Shown in pieces: positions 1-10,606 of a stretch of DNA of 64,000 bases. The stretch's first letter is position 1; each line of letters opens with the position of its first letter. The notes under the pieces are model-generated. The model searched no databases, was not told the DNA's origin, and saw only the letters and a program-made list of their open reading frames with translations. Source of the stretch: Tubiluchus corallicola (Eukaryota > Animalia > Priapulida); NCBI GenBank assembly GCA_030141605.1, contig JAQGDQ010002390.1:88945-152944 (forward strand), read 5' to 3'. The position numbers and the translations under genes are program-made.

Positions 1-2
1 AA

Positions 3-1958
3 GGAATCACCCTCTCTCTCCCTCTGGAAAAAAACACTATAGACCTGCAATGGAAAATCATCCTCGAAAATGGAGAGACGCGAACACAAACCTTCACGCC
101 TCATCAGCAAAAAACCCTCGGAACCCTTACATATAATAACAAGGATATCCTGAAAATATTCCTCCCTCTGCCTATCGATTCCCTTCCTTATGGCTATCAT
201 CACTTTTCGCTACCGGAAATCAACCCCGAAAAAACAGCGATGCTGGTGATCGCTCCTGAAAAATCATGGCTCCCTGAAAAAGTCAAAAAAAAAGAGCAGA
301 TCTGGGGACTCTCCTGCCACTTTTATACCCTCAATAGTGAGCATAACAACAAAATCGGAAACTTCTCACACCTGAAACAACTTGTCGAAACAGGCGCATC
401 CCTCGGCGCAGATACCATCGGTATCAACCCTATTCATCTCCTCTTTCCAGAAACACCAGAAGAATGCAGCCCCTACTTTACCTCAAGTCGACTCTTTCTA
501 AATCCAATCTATATTGATCCAACACGCCTGCCAGAGTGGGACGAAAATATACCCTCGCCTTTCTATCTCTCTCAGCCAACATCCCATATCAACTATACCG
601 ATACAATTAATACACTCTTCCCTATTCTCCAAACCTGCTGGCAGAGTTTTAACGAAAATGCCTCCCAGGAACGGAAGGAAAACTTCCGCGCATTTACAGA
701 AACACAAAAATACGCCCTTGATTCCATGGCGACTTTCTGCGCCCTCAGTAAACATCTCAACACACACCATTGGAAAGAATGGCCAGAACACTATCAAAAT
801 CCCGCCTCCCCCGAAATACTCACTTTTAAAAAAGAACATGCTGACCAGATCCTCTTTAATATATGGCTTCAATGGATCGCACAGCAACAACTGGAAGATG
901 TCAAAAAAAGCTGCAGCGATATGACCATAGGGCTCTATGGAGATCTCGCGCTCGGCGTCAGTACACACGCCGCAGACGCATGGGCCTACCAAGAAACCAT
1001 GGTGGACGATATGGTCATAGGAGCCCCGCCAGACGCCTTCTCAATAGAAGGGCAAAATTGGGGCATCATTCCCGTTAATCCCCACGCCATGAAAAAAAAT
1101 TGGTCCCTCTTTATTGAAACACTCCAAAGAAATATGCACTACTTCGGCGCCCTGCGAATCGACCATGTCATGGCTTTTAAACAACTCTACTGGATCCCTA
1201 ACGGAAAAACAGCGAAAGAAGGAACATATATCGCCTACCCCTTTGACGACATCCTCGGAATTCTCGCCCTGGAAAGCCACAGAAACCAATGCATGGTTAT
1301 CAGCGAAGACTTAGGAAATGTCCCAGAAGGATTCCGAGAAACACTCCAGGATGAAAATATCCTCTCGTACCGTGTTCTTTTCTTTGAACGCTGGCCAAGC
1401 GGATTATATAAACGCCCCGAATGCTACCCCCACCTCTCTGTAGCGACAGCAACAACACACGATCTCCCCCCCTTGTGCAGCTTCTGGTCTAACGAAAATA
1501 TTCACATAAAAAAACAAATCCAGCTCCTGCCAAACGAAACCACCTACAAAAATGAACACCTCCACCAGCAAAACGAAAAAGAACAGCTTTATAACGCCCT
1601 GAGAGATCAGAATCTTACCATCTGCCCCCCACGGAAAGATAAACATCTCTCCGATGAAATGGAATCATCAGAAATTTACACGGAATGCCAATATAAATGT
1701 ACGCATCTCCATTGCTCTCTTTCCAAAGCTATCTATGGCTTTCTCGCGAAAACCCCCTCTGCGATGCTGCTGCTTAACCTTGATGATCTCTTTTCCGAAA
1801 AATATCCCCTCAATATTCCAGGAACAACCTGCACACAATATCCAAACTGGCGGCGGCGGCTTTCTATTCCCCTGGAAAAACTTGAAAACTACCTAAAACC
1901 TTTTGTCGACTCCATACAAACCGTAAAAGCAACAACAGAAAATCCTGATACACATTAA
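3..1958 (+). CDS. malQ: 4-alpha-glucanotransferase (amylomaltase, GH77), 5'-partial
   Basis: Motifs GDLALG, GAPPDAFSIEGQNWG, LRIDHVM, EDLG, TTHDLP, NIPGT..YPNWR. The frame stays open from position 3 to the ATG at 240 (includes LPYGYH), so the true start lies upstream of the window. Confidence 0.95.
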   Translation, partial: GITLSLPLEKNTIDLQWKIILENGETRTQTFTPHQQKTLGTLTYNNKDILKIFLPLPIDSLPYGYHHFSLPEINPEKTAMLVIAPEKSWLPEKVKKKEQIWGLSCHFYTLNSEHNNKIGNFSHLKQLVETGASLGADTIGINPIHLLFPETPEECSPYFTSSRLFLNPIYIDPTRLPEWDENIPSPFYLSQPTSHINYTDTINTLFPILQTCWQSFNENASQERKENFRAFTETQKYALDSMATFCALSKHLNTHHWKEWPEHYQNPASPEILTFKKEHADQILFNIWLQWIAQQQLEDVKKSCSDMTIGLYGDLALGVSTHAADAWAYQETMVDDMVIGAPPDAFSIEGQNWGIIPVNPHAMKKNWSLFIETLQRNMHYFGALRIDHVMAFKQLYWIPNGKTAKEGTYIAYPFDDILGILALESHRNQCMVISEDLGNVPEGFRETLQDENILSYRVLFFERWPSGLYKRPECYPHLSVATATTHDLPPLCSFWSNENIHIKKQIQLLPNETTYKNEHLHQQNEKEQLYNALRDQNLTICPPRKDKHLSDEMESSEIYTECQYKCTHLHCSLSKAIYGFLAKTPSAMLLLNLDDLFSEKYPLNIPGTTCTQYPNWRRRLSIPLEKLENYLKPFVDSIQTVKATTENPDTH

Positions 1959-2014
1959 AAAAACACTTGCTTTTATCAACAATACCTATTATTAAAAAGA
2001 GTACATTCTTTTAA

Positions 2015-2090
2015 GACCCCATCGTCTAGAGGACTAGGACACTGGCCTTTCACGCCGGCAACACGGGTTCGAATCCCGTTGGGGTCGCCA
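2015..2090 (+). tRNA. tRNA-Glu (TTC)
   Basis: GACCCCA/TGGGGTC acceptor stem, anticodon loop CTTTCAC, T-loop GGTTCGAATCC, encoded CCA. Confidence 0.97.
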
Positions 2091-2326
2091 CTTACTCGGG
2101 GCACTATCACCAATAATATTAAAAAACACAAGCCTTTCACAAAGGTGGCATGGGCTTAAATCTCACCAAAGGATCACCTCTTGCCCAGAGAACACTATCA
2201 AGATCAAAAACTTCTCACCACGAAAAGTTCACCTTGATTGAATCAAGACAGTCTCCCTCCCACTCTTTTTAAAAATCATCAAGCCCATAGCACCTCTCGC
2301 TACAGAAACAATTTTCAAACAATCGC

Positions 2327-3259
2327 TTATATAAAAAACATAATAATAACGGCAAAAGAAACAAAAGAAAGAATCGTCGAAACCAATAAAGACGTCGCAA
2401 CCTGCTCTCTATACAGCTGGTATTTCGCCGCTAAAATAAAGACATTAATCCCCGTCGCAGAAGCCGACATCACCGTCAAAGATAAAGCCGCTATCGGCGG
2501 AAGATGAAAAACAAAAAAACAGGAAAACCAAACAAACACCGGTAAAACTGCCGTCTTTAACACAGCGATGATAAAAGCCTCCCATAAACTGCTTTGAATC
2601 TTAAAGGTTGTCAAAGAAGCCCCTAAAACAAATAAAGCACACGGAATTGTCGCTTGAGCCGTTATTTCCAAACTTCGCTCCATAAAAGAGGGCAACGTCA
2701 ACCCCAGAGAACGAAAAAGAACCCCCGCAACAATCGTCGCAACAATCGGGTTTTTAAGCACAATTAAAGGAATATTCGCCAGGATTTTTCCAATCGCAAC
2801 CTTAGAGGCCCCTGAAAGCTCCATGGCAAGAATAGTGATCGTCCAAAGAAACGCCGCATGAAACGTCACAAGCTGAAAAAAATAACGCCCCCCTTCCATA
2901 CCCCATATCTCTAAAGCAACCGGAAACCCCAAAAGCGCTAAATTAGAAAAGGACCCTCCCATCGCCAACACCGCCTGCTCTTTAGGAGACAGTTTCAAAA
3001 CAAACTTCCCAATCAAAAGACCTAAAAAAAAGACGCACAAAACAGGAAGATAAAAGGCGAGAAGAACCTTGATCTCCAGTGAGAAGCTGTTTCCGCTCCC
3101 CGCTATGCTTAAAAATAACAATGCCGGCGTACATAAAAAGAACACAAAATTATTCAAGCCGCTAATAGCCTCATCGGAAATCAATTTCCCCTTCGCAAAA
3201 CAATAGCCAAGCGCTATTAAAATAAAAACAGGGAAAAGAATCTCAATCACAACAGCCAT
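2327..3259 (-). CDS. AEC (auxin efflux carrier/malate permease) family transporter
   Basis: About 10 hydrophobic helices, FSNLALLGFP, KNPIV, IPCALFVLG. Start chosen at ATG 3259 with AGGA upstream; the ORF extends to 3277. Confidence 0.85.
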   Translation of the reverse strand: MAVVIEILFPVFILIALGYCFAKGKLISDEAISGLNNFVFFLCTPALLFLSIAGSGNSFSLEIKVLLAFYLPVLCVFFLGLLIGKFVLKLSPKEQAVLAMGGSFSNLALLGFPVALEIWGMEGGRYFFQLVTFHAAFLWTITILAMELSGASKVAIGKILANIPLIVLKNPIVATIVAGVLFRSLGLTLPSFMERSLEITAQATIPCALFVLGASLTTFKIQSSLWEAFIIAVLKTAVLPVFVWFSCFFVFHLPPIAALSLTVMSASATGINVFILAAKYQLYREQVATSLLVSTILSFVSFAVIIMFFI

Positions 3260-3335
3260 AAAAATATCCTTGATCAATAGAGCCTACTCTGACATAAGCT
3301 TACAATACAACCCCACCCTAAGAGAAAATATCTCC

Positions 3336-4388
3336 ATGAGTATAAAGCAAGCCTCACAAATAAAGCAACAGATTACAGAAATTATCTTACAGAACGGCTT
3401 TGACTGCGTGGGATTCTGCACCCCGTCAATCCCAATAGCCGACCAAAAAAACCTCGCCGATTATCTCGCTGAAAATATGCACGGGGATATGCTCTGGATG
3501 AAAGAACGATACCTTCAGCGTATTCATCCCCCTTTGCTCCTTCCTTCCGTAAAAACCGCCATTATCGTTGGCAGCCAGTATACCCCCTCAAAATCCATGC
3601 TAAAACCTCTTCCGGAAACACGCGGATATATCAGCGTCTACGCCAGAGCACGCCAAGACTACCATAAACGAATGAAAAAAAATCTTAAAAAAATAAGCGC
3701 CTCTATCGCGCATTATTGCCAGGATCCTCCTCGGTTTTTCGTTGATACAGCTCCCATCATGGAAAAAATACTCGCCGCGAAAACAACTATCGGATGGCAG
3801 GGAAAACATACGGCTATTGTCTCAAAAACGTTCGGATCCTGGCTTTTTCTTGGCGTGATCCTGCTTCCGCTAGCGCTCCCGATTGACCCTCCCCATAAAA
3901 TATTCTGCGGAACTTGCCAACGCTGCCAGAGCGCCTGCCCTACAAACGCCCTCTCACAAGGAAAACTCAACGTAAAAAATTGCATCGCCTACCTGACAAT
4001 AGAACATAAAGGCACTATCCCTCACACTCTTCAGGATAAAATGGAAAATAAAATCTTCGGCTGCGACGCCTGCCTGAGCGCCTGCCCCTGGAATAAATTT
4101 ACCCAAAGCAACCTGAAAGAAAACGCCGCCCCACGAGCAGAACTCGCAGCCCCCTCCTTAGAAACACTCGCCTCTCTCTCCCCAGAAGAATTCAATACAC
4201 TCTTTTCAGGAACCCCCATAAAACGAACAGGACATGAACGATTCTTGCGTAACATAACAATCGCTCTAGGAAATCTATCCCCCAAAGCGCTATATCACCA
4301 AAAAACACGCCTAGAAAAACTAACAAAGCACCCGTTTCAACCAATCGCACGCGCCGCTATCCATAGCCTAAAAAAAATACAGCTCTGA
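3336..4388 (+). CDS. queG: tRNA epoxyqueuosine reductase
   Basis: ISVYA..DYH, FVDTAPIMEK, GWQGKH, FGSWLFLG, CGTCQRCQSACP, FGCDACLSACPWN. The ORF extends to 3270. Confidence 0.93.
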   Translation: MSIKQASQIKQQITEIILQNGFDCVGFCTPSIPIADQKNLADYLAENMHGDMLWMKERYLQRIHPPLLLPSVKTAIIVGSQYTPSKSMLKPLPETRGYISVYARARQDYHKRMKKNLKKISASIAHYCQDPPRFFVDTAPIMEKILAAKTTIGWQGKHTAIVSKTFGSWLFLGVILLPLALPIDPPHKIFCGTCQRCQSACPTNALSQGKLNVKNCIAYLTIEHKGTIPHTLQDKMENKIFGCDACLSACPWNKFTQSNLKENAAPRAELAAPSLETLASLSPEEFNTLFSGTPIKRTGHERFLRNITIALGNLSPKALYHQKTRLEKLTKHPFQPIARAAIHSLKKIQL

Positions 4389-4396
4389 ACAATAGC

Positions 4397-4564
4397 TTAC
4401 TCGGAACGTAACGCCTCGCGTTTACGACGCTGCTGCACCCTCTTTTTCAAATTCTCCCGCAACGCCTTCGCCTGACGAGCATACCGATCCGACTTCGCCG
4501 ATGAGCCATCGCTCGTTTTCCTTCTTGGCTTTTCCCTGCCATCCTCATTTACTTTGCTGCCCAT
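4397..4564 (-). CDS. small basic hypothetical protein
   Basis: ARQAKALRENLKKRVQQRRKR resembles the short ALRxNLKRRKxQ proteins I recall next to murA in Alphaproteobacteria. It fills an otherwise empty gap. Confidence 0.6.
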   Translation of the reverse strand: MGSKVNEDGREKPRRKTSDGSSAKSDRYARQAKALRENLKKRVQQRRKREALRSE

Positions 4565-4723
4565 ACCATCTTCCTTTTCAAAGCATAAAACCAATCTCTC
4601 GACACGACTCTCTTTCCTTCAATACCCTTTCTAAATTTCATAAAGAGAATATTTGACAAATTTCCGTTTTTCCTCCATACAAAATACAATAACGCATTTC
4701 TATGCATAATGGAGAAAAAAACA

Positions 4724-6058
4724 ATGGATAAAATAAAAATCAGAGGCCGCCAGGCACTCCACGGCCATATTAAAATCAGCGGCGCAAAAAATGCCGCCTT
4801 GCCTCTGATGGCCGCCGCTCTTCTTTCTCCAGAACCCATTACACTTTATAACCTCCCCAAACTAGCTGACATTCTTTCCATGAAACGCCTGCTGGAGAAT
4901 CTCGGTGCTTCCATCACTCTCAAAAAAACACGTGACCCCCTCTACACGGGCGCCTCTGACCATTTTTGCACTATCAATACAAACAATATCCATAACCTGA
5001 CCGCCTCTTATGAAGATGTGCGGAAAATGAGAGCTTCTATTCTTATACTCGGCCCCCTTCTCGCGCGCTATGGAAAAGCAGCCGTCTCACTTCCCGGCGG
5101 ATGCGCTATCGGAAGCAGACCCGTCAATTTGCATCTTAGAGCTTTTGAACAGCTCGGCGCCACCGTTGATATCCATGAGGGATATATCGAGGCGACCGCT
5201 CCCGCCGGCCTTAAAGGAGCCCATATTCTCTTCCCTACCGTCACAGTCGGAGGGACTGAAAATATCCTCATGGCAGCCTCCCTCGCAAAAGGAAAAACAA
5301 TAATCGCTAACGCCGCACGAGAACCCGAAATCTCTGACCTAGCACACTTCCTCAATAAAATGGGCGCTAAAATCACCGGCATCGGAACAGATACACTGAC
5401 CGTCGAAGGCGTCTCTTCACTCTCCAAAGCAACACACCATGTCATCGCAGACCGCATAGAAGCCGGGACATACGCTATCGCCGCCGCCATCACAAACGGG
5501 GAAATACGATTAAACAATATCCCTCCCTCTATCATGACAAGCGTTATTCGCTCTCTTCGACAAGCCGGCGTAACAGTCGAGCATAACAATACCGATGCCC
5601 TGTGGGTAAAAAGCGATAACGAAAAACCCCATAGCGTCGATATTATGACAGAGCCCTACCCCGGATTTCCAACCGATATGCAAGCCCAATGGATGGCCCT
5701 AATGTCCATTGCAGACGGAGCCTCCATGATTACAGAAAGTATTTTCGAAAACAGATTCATGCATGTACCAGAACTCCTACGCATGAAAGCCAATATCAAA
5801 GTACAGGGTCGTTCCGCTATTATACGAGGGGTCCCTTCACTCTCCGGAGCCCACGTCATGGCAACAGACCTACGCGCGTCCGTCTGCCTGATACTCGCTG
5901 CCCTAGCCGCTGAAGGAGAAACATGGCTCCATCGCGTTTACCACCTGGACCGCGGCTATGAAGCCTTCGAGCGAAAACTCTCTAACTGCGGCGCCCATAT
6001 TATACGCGTTTCCTATACTTCCTCACCAGACAGCATACCACTTGCCCGTAATCCATAA
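4724..6058 (+). CDS. murA: UDP-N-acetylglucosamine 1-carboxyvinyltransferase
   Basis: SGAKNAALP, LPGGCAIGSRPVNLH, PYPGFPTDMQAQ, MATDLRAS, HLDRGYE. GGAG precedes ATG 4724. Confidence 0.98.
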   Translation: MDKIKIRGRQALHGHIKISGAKNAALPLMAAALLSPEPITLYNLPKLADILSMKRLLENLGASITLKKTRDPLYTGASDHFCTINTNNIHNLTASYEDVRKMRASILILGPLLARYGKAAVSLPGGCAIGSRPVNLHLRAFEQLGATVDIHEGYIEATAPAGLKGAHILFPTVTVGGTENILMAASLAKGKTIIANAAREPEISDLAHFLNKMGAKITGIGTDTLTVEGVSSLSKATHHVIADRIEAGTYAIAAAITNGEIRLNNIPPSIMTSVIRSLRQAGVTVEHNNTDALWVKSDNEKPHSVDIMTEPYPGFPTDMQAQWMALMSIADGASMITESIFENRFMHVPELLRMKANIKVQGRSAIIRGVPSLSGAHVMATDLRASVCLILAALAAEGETWLHRVYHLDRGYEAFERKLSNCGAHIIRVSYTSSPDSIPLARNP

Positions 6059-6078
6059 AATAAAATCCGCCCATAAAA

Positions 6079-7107
6079 ATGAAAATATTATCCCACTTCT
6101 CCCAAATTACAGATTCTCTCAAAGGAGCCGTCGTCGCCCTTGGAAACTTTGATGGCGTTCACCTCGGCCATAAAGCCGTTATCGTAAAGGCCGGATCTAT
6201 CGCTCGAGAAAATAAAAAAACATGGGGCGTCATCACTTTAGAACCCCACCCCAGACAAATCTTTAAACCGGACATCCCCCCCTTTCGCATAACACCCCTC
6301 CCTGTCAAGCAGAAACTCGTCGCCTCCCTAGGCGTCGACTGGATGCTCACCCTCCCTTTTGATCGCCGCCTCTCCCGCCTCAGCGCGCAAGATTTCATCC
6401 AGGAAATTCTTATCGATCACTTAAATGTCTTCGGCGTTGTCTCCGGCTTCGATTACCGATTCGGATATGGGCGAAGAGGCGGAATCGATATGCTGAAAGA
6501 AGCCTCAGAAAAATTCAACTTTTCTTTCCATTCCCTCCAACCCCAAAAAGGAAAAAAAGGAACCTACTACGCCGCAAGTCTCGCGCGCTCCCACCTCGAA
6601 AAAGGAGACATAACCGCAACAGAGGAAATCCTCGGACACCCCTTTGAAATAGAAGGTATCGTCATACACGGACAGCATCTCGGCCGTAAACTCGGCTTCC
6701 CAACCGCTAATATAGCCCCTCATGATTACCAAATTCCAAAAAAAGGCGTCTATACAGCAAGAGTCGCCATCACTGAAAATACAACAGAAACAAACTTCCC
6801 ATGGTATAACGCCGTGGCAAATATCGGATGCCGACCAACAATCAATGGCGATCGCCAAAATATTCTTGAAGTGCATCTGCTCGGGTTTAACGGAAACCTA
6901 TATGAAAAACATCTCAGAGTGGCCTTTATAGACTTTATTCGACCAGAAAAAAAATTCAACACCCTTCCCGACCTCGCGAAACATATCTATCTCGATACAC
7001 AAACAGCCGAAAATAATTTCAAAATAATTCCCCCATGGAACGGCGACAGCCACTTTTTACAGTTTTTTAAAGTTCCCTCTTGTTTGAAAAGCGGAAAAAC
7101 AATATGA
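6079..7107 (+). CDS. ribF: bifunctional riboflavin kinase/FAD synthetase
   Basis: LGNFDGVHLGH, GRKLGFPTAN, LEVHL; lies upstream of ileS. Confidence 0.97.
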   Translation: MKILSHFSQITDSLKGAVVALGNFDGVHLGHKAVIVKAGSIARENKKTWGVITLEPHPRQIFKPDIPPFRITPLPVKQKLVASLGVDWMLTLPFDRRLSRLSAQDFIQEILIDHLNVFGVVSGFDYRFGYGRRGGIDMLKEASEKFNFSFHSLQPQKGKKGTYYAASLARSHLEKGDITATEEILGHPFEIEGIVIHGQHLGRKLGFPTANIAPHDYQIPKKGVYTARVAITENTTETNFPWYNAVANIGCRPTINGDRQNILEVHLLGFNGNLYEKHLRVAFIDFIRPEKKFNTLPDLAKHIYLDTQTAENNFKIIPPWNGDSHFLQFFKVPSCLKSGKTI

Positions 7108-7219
7108 TAACATCCATACACGCTCTTGTATCTTACCGCGGAAACAGTAAGATCCAAGCGCCTATTTCCAAAAACTCACCCTAATAATTGAAAGCATGCG
7201 TAAAACAGGATTGAAAATT

Positions 7220-10024
7220 ATGGATTACAAAAAAACCGTATTTTTACCCCAAACACCCTTCCCTATGCGGGCGGGCCTCCCTAAACGAGAAGCAGAACGT
7301 CTGCAACAATGGGAAAATGAAAAACTTCACGAGAAAATACGCGCGACATCCCAAGGAAAAAAACAGTATATCCTCCACGATGGCCCCCCTTACGCCAATG
7401 GACATCTCCATACCGGCCATGCTCTCAATAAAATCCTGAAAGATATTGTTGTCCGTACAGCACAAATGTCCGGATACGACTCCCCTTATGTCCCCGGATG
7501 GGACTGCCACGGCCTGCCTATCGAATGGAAAATAGAAGAGCAATACAGAAAAAAAGGCAAAAATAAAGACGACGTGCCCCCACTGGAATTCCGACAGGAA
7601 TGTAGAGAGTTCGCCGCACACTGGATTGAAATCCAAAAAGAAGAATTCCAACGCATGGGAATTACAGGAGATTGGAAAAATCCATACACAACAATGGCAT
7701 ACGACGCTGAAGCGACAATCGTTAAAGAACTTGGAAAATTTCTTGAGAACGGACTCCTCTATAGAGGAGAAAAACCCGTCATGTGGTCCGTCGTTGAAAA
7801 AACAGCCCTAGCAGAAGCCGAAGTCGAATATAAAGATCATACTTCCGACACAATCTATGTTCGCTTCCCCATCGTAAAAGCCCCCCTGCCCATCTTGGAA
7901 AACGCAAGCATTGTCATATGGACAACAACACCCTGGACAATGCCCGGAAACCGCGCGCTCGCCTTTGGACCCGACTTAACCTACTTGCTTTTAGAAGTGC
8001 TGGAAACAGAAGAAAACAGCTTGGCAAACATCAGTGAAAAAATTATCCTCCTTAAAGAAAGAGCCGATATCACTACACAAGAAATGGGAATTACCCATAC
8101 AAAAACTCTCGCGGAGCTAAACGGGCTTGACGATATCGTCTGTCACCATCCCCTTCATCATAAAGGCTATGGTTTTGACGTCCCTGTCCTTCCCGCACAC
8201 TTTGTAACAACCGATACAGGAACAGGTATCGTCCATATAGCTCCCTGCCACGGTCAGGACGACTGGATGCTCGGAACACAACATGGCCTTGAAATTAAAC
8301 AACCCATTAATGACTCGGGACTCTTTTTCGATTTTGTCCCCCTGTTCGCAAACCAGCATGTCTATAAAGTCAACCCCCTTGTGATCGAAGCTTTAAAAAA
8401 TGAAAATACCCTGCTAAGCCACGGAAAAATTATCCATAGCTATCCTCACTCCTGGCGCTCCAAAGCCCCCCTGATCTTTCGTACAACACCACAATGGTTT
8501 ATCCGTATGGATGATCCTACCCTTTCTCTGCGGGAAAAAGCCCTCAGCGCAATTGAGAAAACAGATTTTAAACCCGCCAACGCAAAAAATAGACTCCATA
8601 ATATGCTGGAGGAAAGACCCGACTGGTGCATCTCACGCCAGAGAAGCTGGGGCGTGCCTATCACCCTCCTGATCCATAAAAAAACCGGACTCCCCCTTAA
8701 AGACCCTAAGGTCTTTGAGCGGATTGTCGACGCTGTAAGACAAGAAGGATGTGACGCTTGGTTTACTTCCGACATAGAGCGATTCCTCTCCTCGGATTAC
8801 AACCCTCAGGACTATGAAAAAGTAACCGATACACTCGATGTATGGTTCGACTCCGGAACAACACACGCATTCACACTGGAAAACCGGCCAGAACTCTCCT
8901 GGCCCGCCGATATCTATCTTGAAGGATCCGATCAACATCGCGGATGGTTCCAGTCTTCCCTCCTAGAATCCTGCGGAACTCGAAACCACGCACCCTATAA
9001 AAAAATCCTGACACACGGATTTACACTGGACGGCAATGGGCAGAAAATGTCCAAATCCCTCGGTAATACACTCTCGCCACAAGAAACCATCAAACAATAT
9101 GGCGCCGATATCCTCAGACTATGGGTCGCCGGATCCGACTATTTCGAAGATGTCCGAATCAGCCAAGATATCCTAAAACATCACGCCGATATCTATAGAC
9201 GACTTCGAAATACACTCCGCTATATGCTTGGAAGCCTCCATAACTTCAAAGAAGAAGAGACAATCGATTACGATTCCATGCCCGAACTTGAAAAATGGGT
9301 GTTTCATCGCCTGTGGGAAATCGACAAAAAAATCAAATCCACATTCGAAAATACACTGGAATATCACACCCTCTTTAATGAGCTCCATAATTTCTGCGCC
9401 TCGGATCTGTCCGCCTTTTACTTTGATATCCGAAAAGACTCCCTCTATTGCGACCATCCGGAAACACAAAAACGACGCGCCTGCAGAACCCTCATGAATA
9501 CCCTCTTCCAATGTTTGACAAAATGGCTCGCGCCTTTCATCTGCTTTACAGCCGACGAGGCCTGGAGAACCCGCTATCCGCAAGCCGACAGCGTCCATAC
9601 GCAGCTCTTTCCCACTATCTCCCCACAATGGGAAAACCAAGCGTTAGAAAAAAAATGGAGAAAAATACGCCAGCTGCGCCGCGTCGTCACAGGCGCCCTT
9701 GAGCTAGAGCGCGCCGAAAAAAGAATCGGCTCCAGCCTCGCGGCTGCCCCAGAAGTCTATGCCACCTCCCAAGAGGACGCAAACCTGCTAAATGAAGTCA
9801 ACTTCGCAGAACTGGCAATCACATCGGATATCACAATCATTCAAAAAACGCCCCCCGCAACATCTTTTCAGCTCCCTGACATTCCGGGGGTCGGCGTTAA
9901 TCCCACTATCGCGCAAGGAGAAAAATGCGAACGTTGCTGGAAAATCTATACAGAAACCTCAGAAACACACCATCCAAACCTCTGCCCAAGATGCGTGAAA
10001 ACACTAGAAAAAATGCCTATATAA
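7220..10024 (+). CDS. ileS: isoleucine--tRNA ligase
   Basis: HDGPPYANGHLHTGH, GWDCHGLPIE, WTTTPWT, GSDQHRGWF, KMSKS, C-terminal CERCW...CPRC zinc finger. Confidence 0.98.
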   Translation: MDYKKTVFLPQTPFPMRAGLPKREAERLQQWENEKLHEKIRATSQGKKQYILHDGPPYANGHLHTGHALNKILKDIVVRTAQMSGYDSPYVPGWDCHGLPIEWKIEEQYRKKGKNKDDVPPLEFRQECREFAAHWIEIQKEEFQRMGITGDWKNPYTTMAYDAEATIVKELGKFLENGLLYRGEKPVMWSVVEKTALAEAEVEYKDHTSDTIYVRFPIVKAPLPILENASIVIWTTTPWTMPGNRALAFGPDLTYLLLEVLETEENSLANISEKIILLKERADITTQEMGITHTKTLAELNGLDDIVCHHPLHHKGYGFDVPVLPAHFVTTDTGTGIVHIAPCHGQDDWMLGTQHGLEIKQPINDSGLFFDFVPLFANQHVYKVNPLVIEALKNENTLLSHGKIIHSYPHSWRSKAPLIFRTTPQWFIRMDDPTLSLREKALSAIEKTDFKPANAKNRLHNMLEERPDWCISRQRSWGVPITLLIHKKTGLPLKDPKVFERIVDAVRQEGCDAWFTSDIERFLSSDYNPQDYEKVTDTLDVWFDSGTTHAFTLENRPELSWPADIYLEGSDQHRGWFQSSLLESCGTRNHAPYKKILTHGFTLDGNGQKMSKSLGNTLSPQETIKQYGADILRLWVAGSDYFEDVRISQDILKHHADIYRRLRNTLRYMLGSLHNFKEEETIDYDSMPELEKWVFHRLWEIDKKIKSTFENTLEYHTLFNELHNFCASDLSAFYFDIRKDSLYCDHPETQKRRACRTLMNTLFQCLTKWLAPFICFTADEAWRTRYPQADSVHTQLFPTISPQWENQALEKKWRKIRQLRRVVTGALELERAEKRIGSSLAAAPEVYATSQEDANLLNEVNFAELAITSDITIIQKTPPATSFQLPDIPGVGVNPTIAQGEKCERCWKIYTETSETHHPNLCPRCVKTLEKMPI

Positions 10025-10046
10025 AATCCTCGCCCGCTAAAAGACC

Positions 10047-10556
10047 ATGACAAAGTCAACACAAAAATCACAAGATAGCACGCCCATTCCAGAAAAAATA
10101 CGCTTTCTGGAAATCAGTATTATCTGCGGAATCGCCACGCTAGACCTGATAACAAAGTTTCTGGTCCTAGACCTTATGAAGCAAGCACCATACCACTATA
10201 CGATTACCTCCTTTTTCAATATCGTCCTTGTTAAAAATACAGGAATCAGCTTTGGAATATTTCGCGGAGAAAGCGCCTTTAACACGATTATATTGCCAAT
10301 CCTAACAGGGTTGCTTATTATATGGCTATTACGATGGTTATATAAATCACCCGCTCCTGTCGAGCGAATTGCCCTATGCCTGATTATCGGAGGCGCTATC
10401 GGAAATACCCTCGATCGCACCTTACAGGGAAGCGTAACAGATTTTCTCGACTTCCATCTCAATAACTGGCACTGGCCCAGCTTTAATATCGCCGATGTCG
10501 CTATTGTCGCAGGGACCGCTTTAATGCTATTATATCTATCATATACTCGACAGTAA
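10047..10556 (+). CDS. lspA: lipoprotein signal peptidase II
   Basis: NTGISFG, GGAIGNTLDR, VTDFL, WPSFNIAD; follows ileS. Confidence 0.96.
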   Translation: MTKSTQKSQDSTPIPEKIRFLEISIICGIATLDLITKFLVLDLMKQAPYHYTITSFFNIVLVKNTGISFGIFRGESAFNTIILPILTGLLIIWLLRWLYKSPAPVERIALCLIIGGAIGNTLDRTLQGSVTDFLDFHLNNWHWPSFNIADVAIVAGTALMLLYLSYTRQ

Positions 10557-10606
10557 ACATAAAACAACACACTCTCAATAACCCTACAAAAAAGGGTCAC
10601 TCGCCC

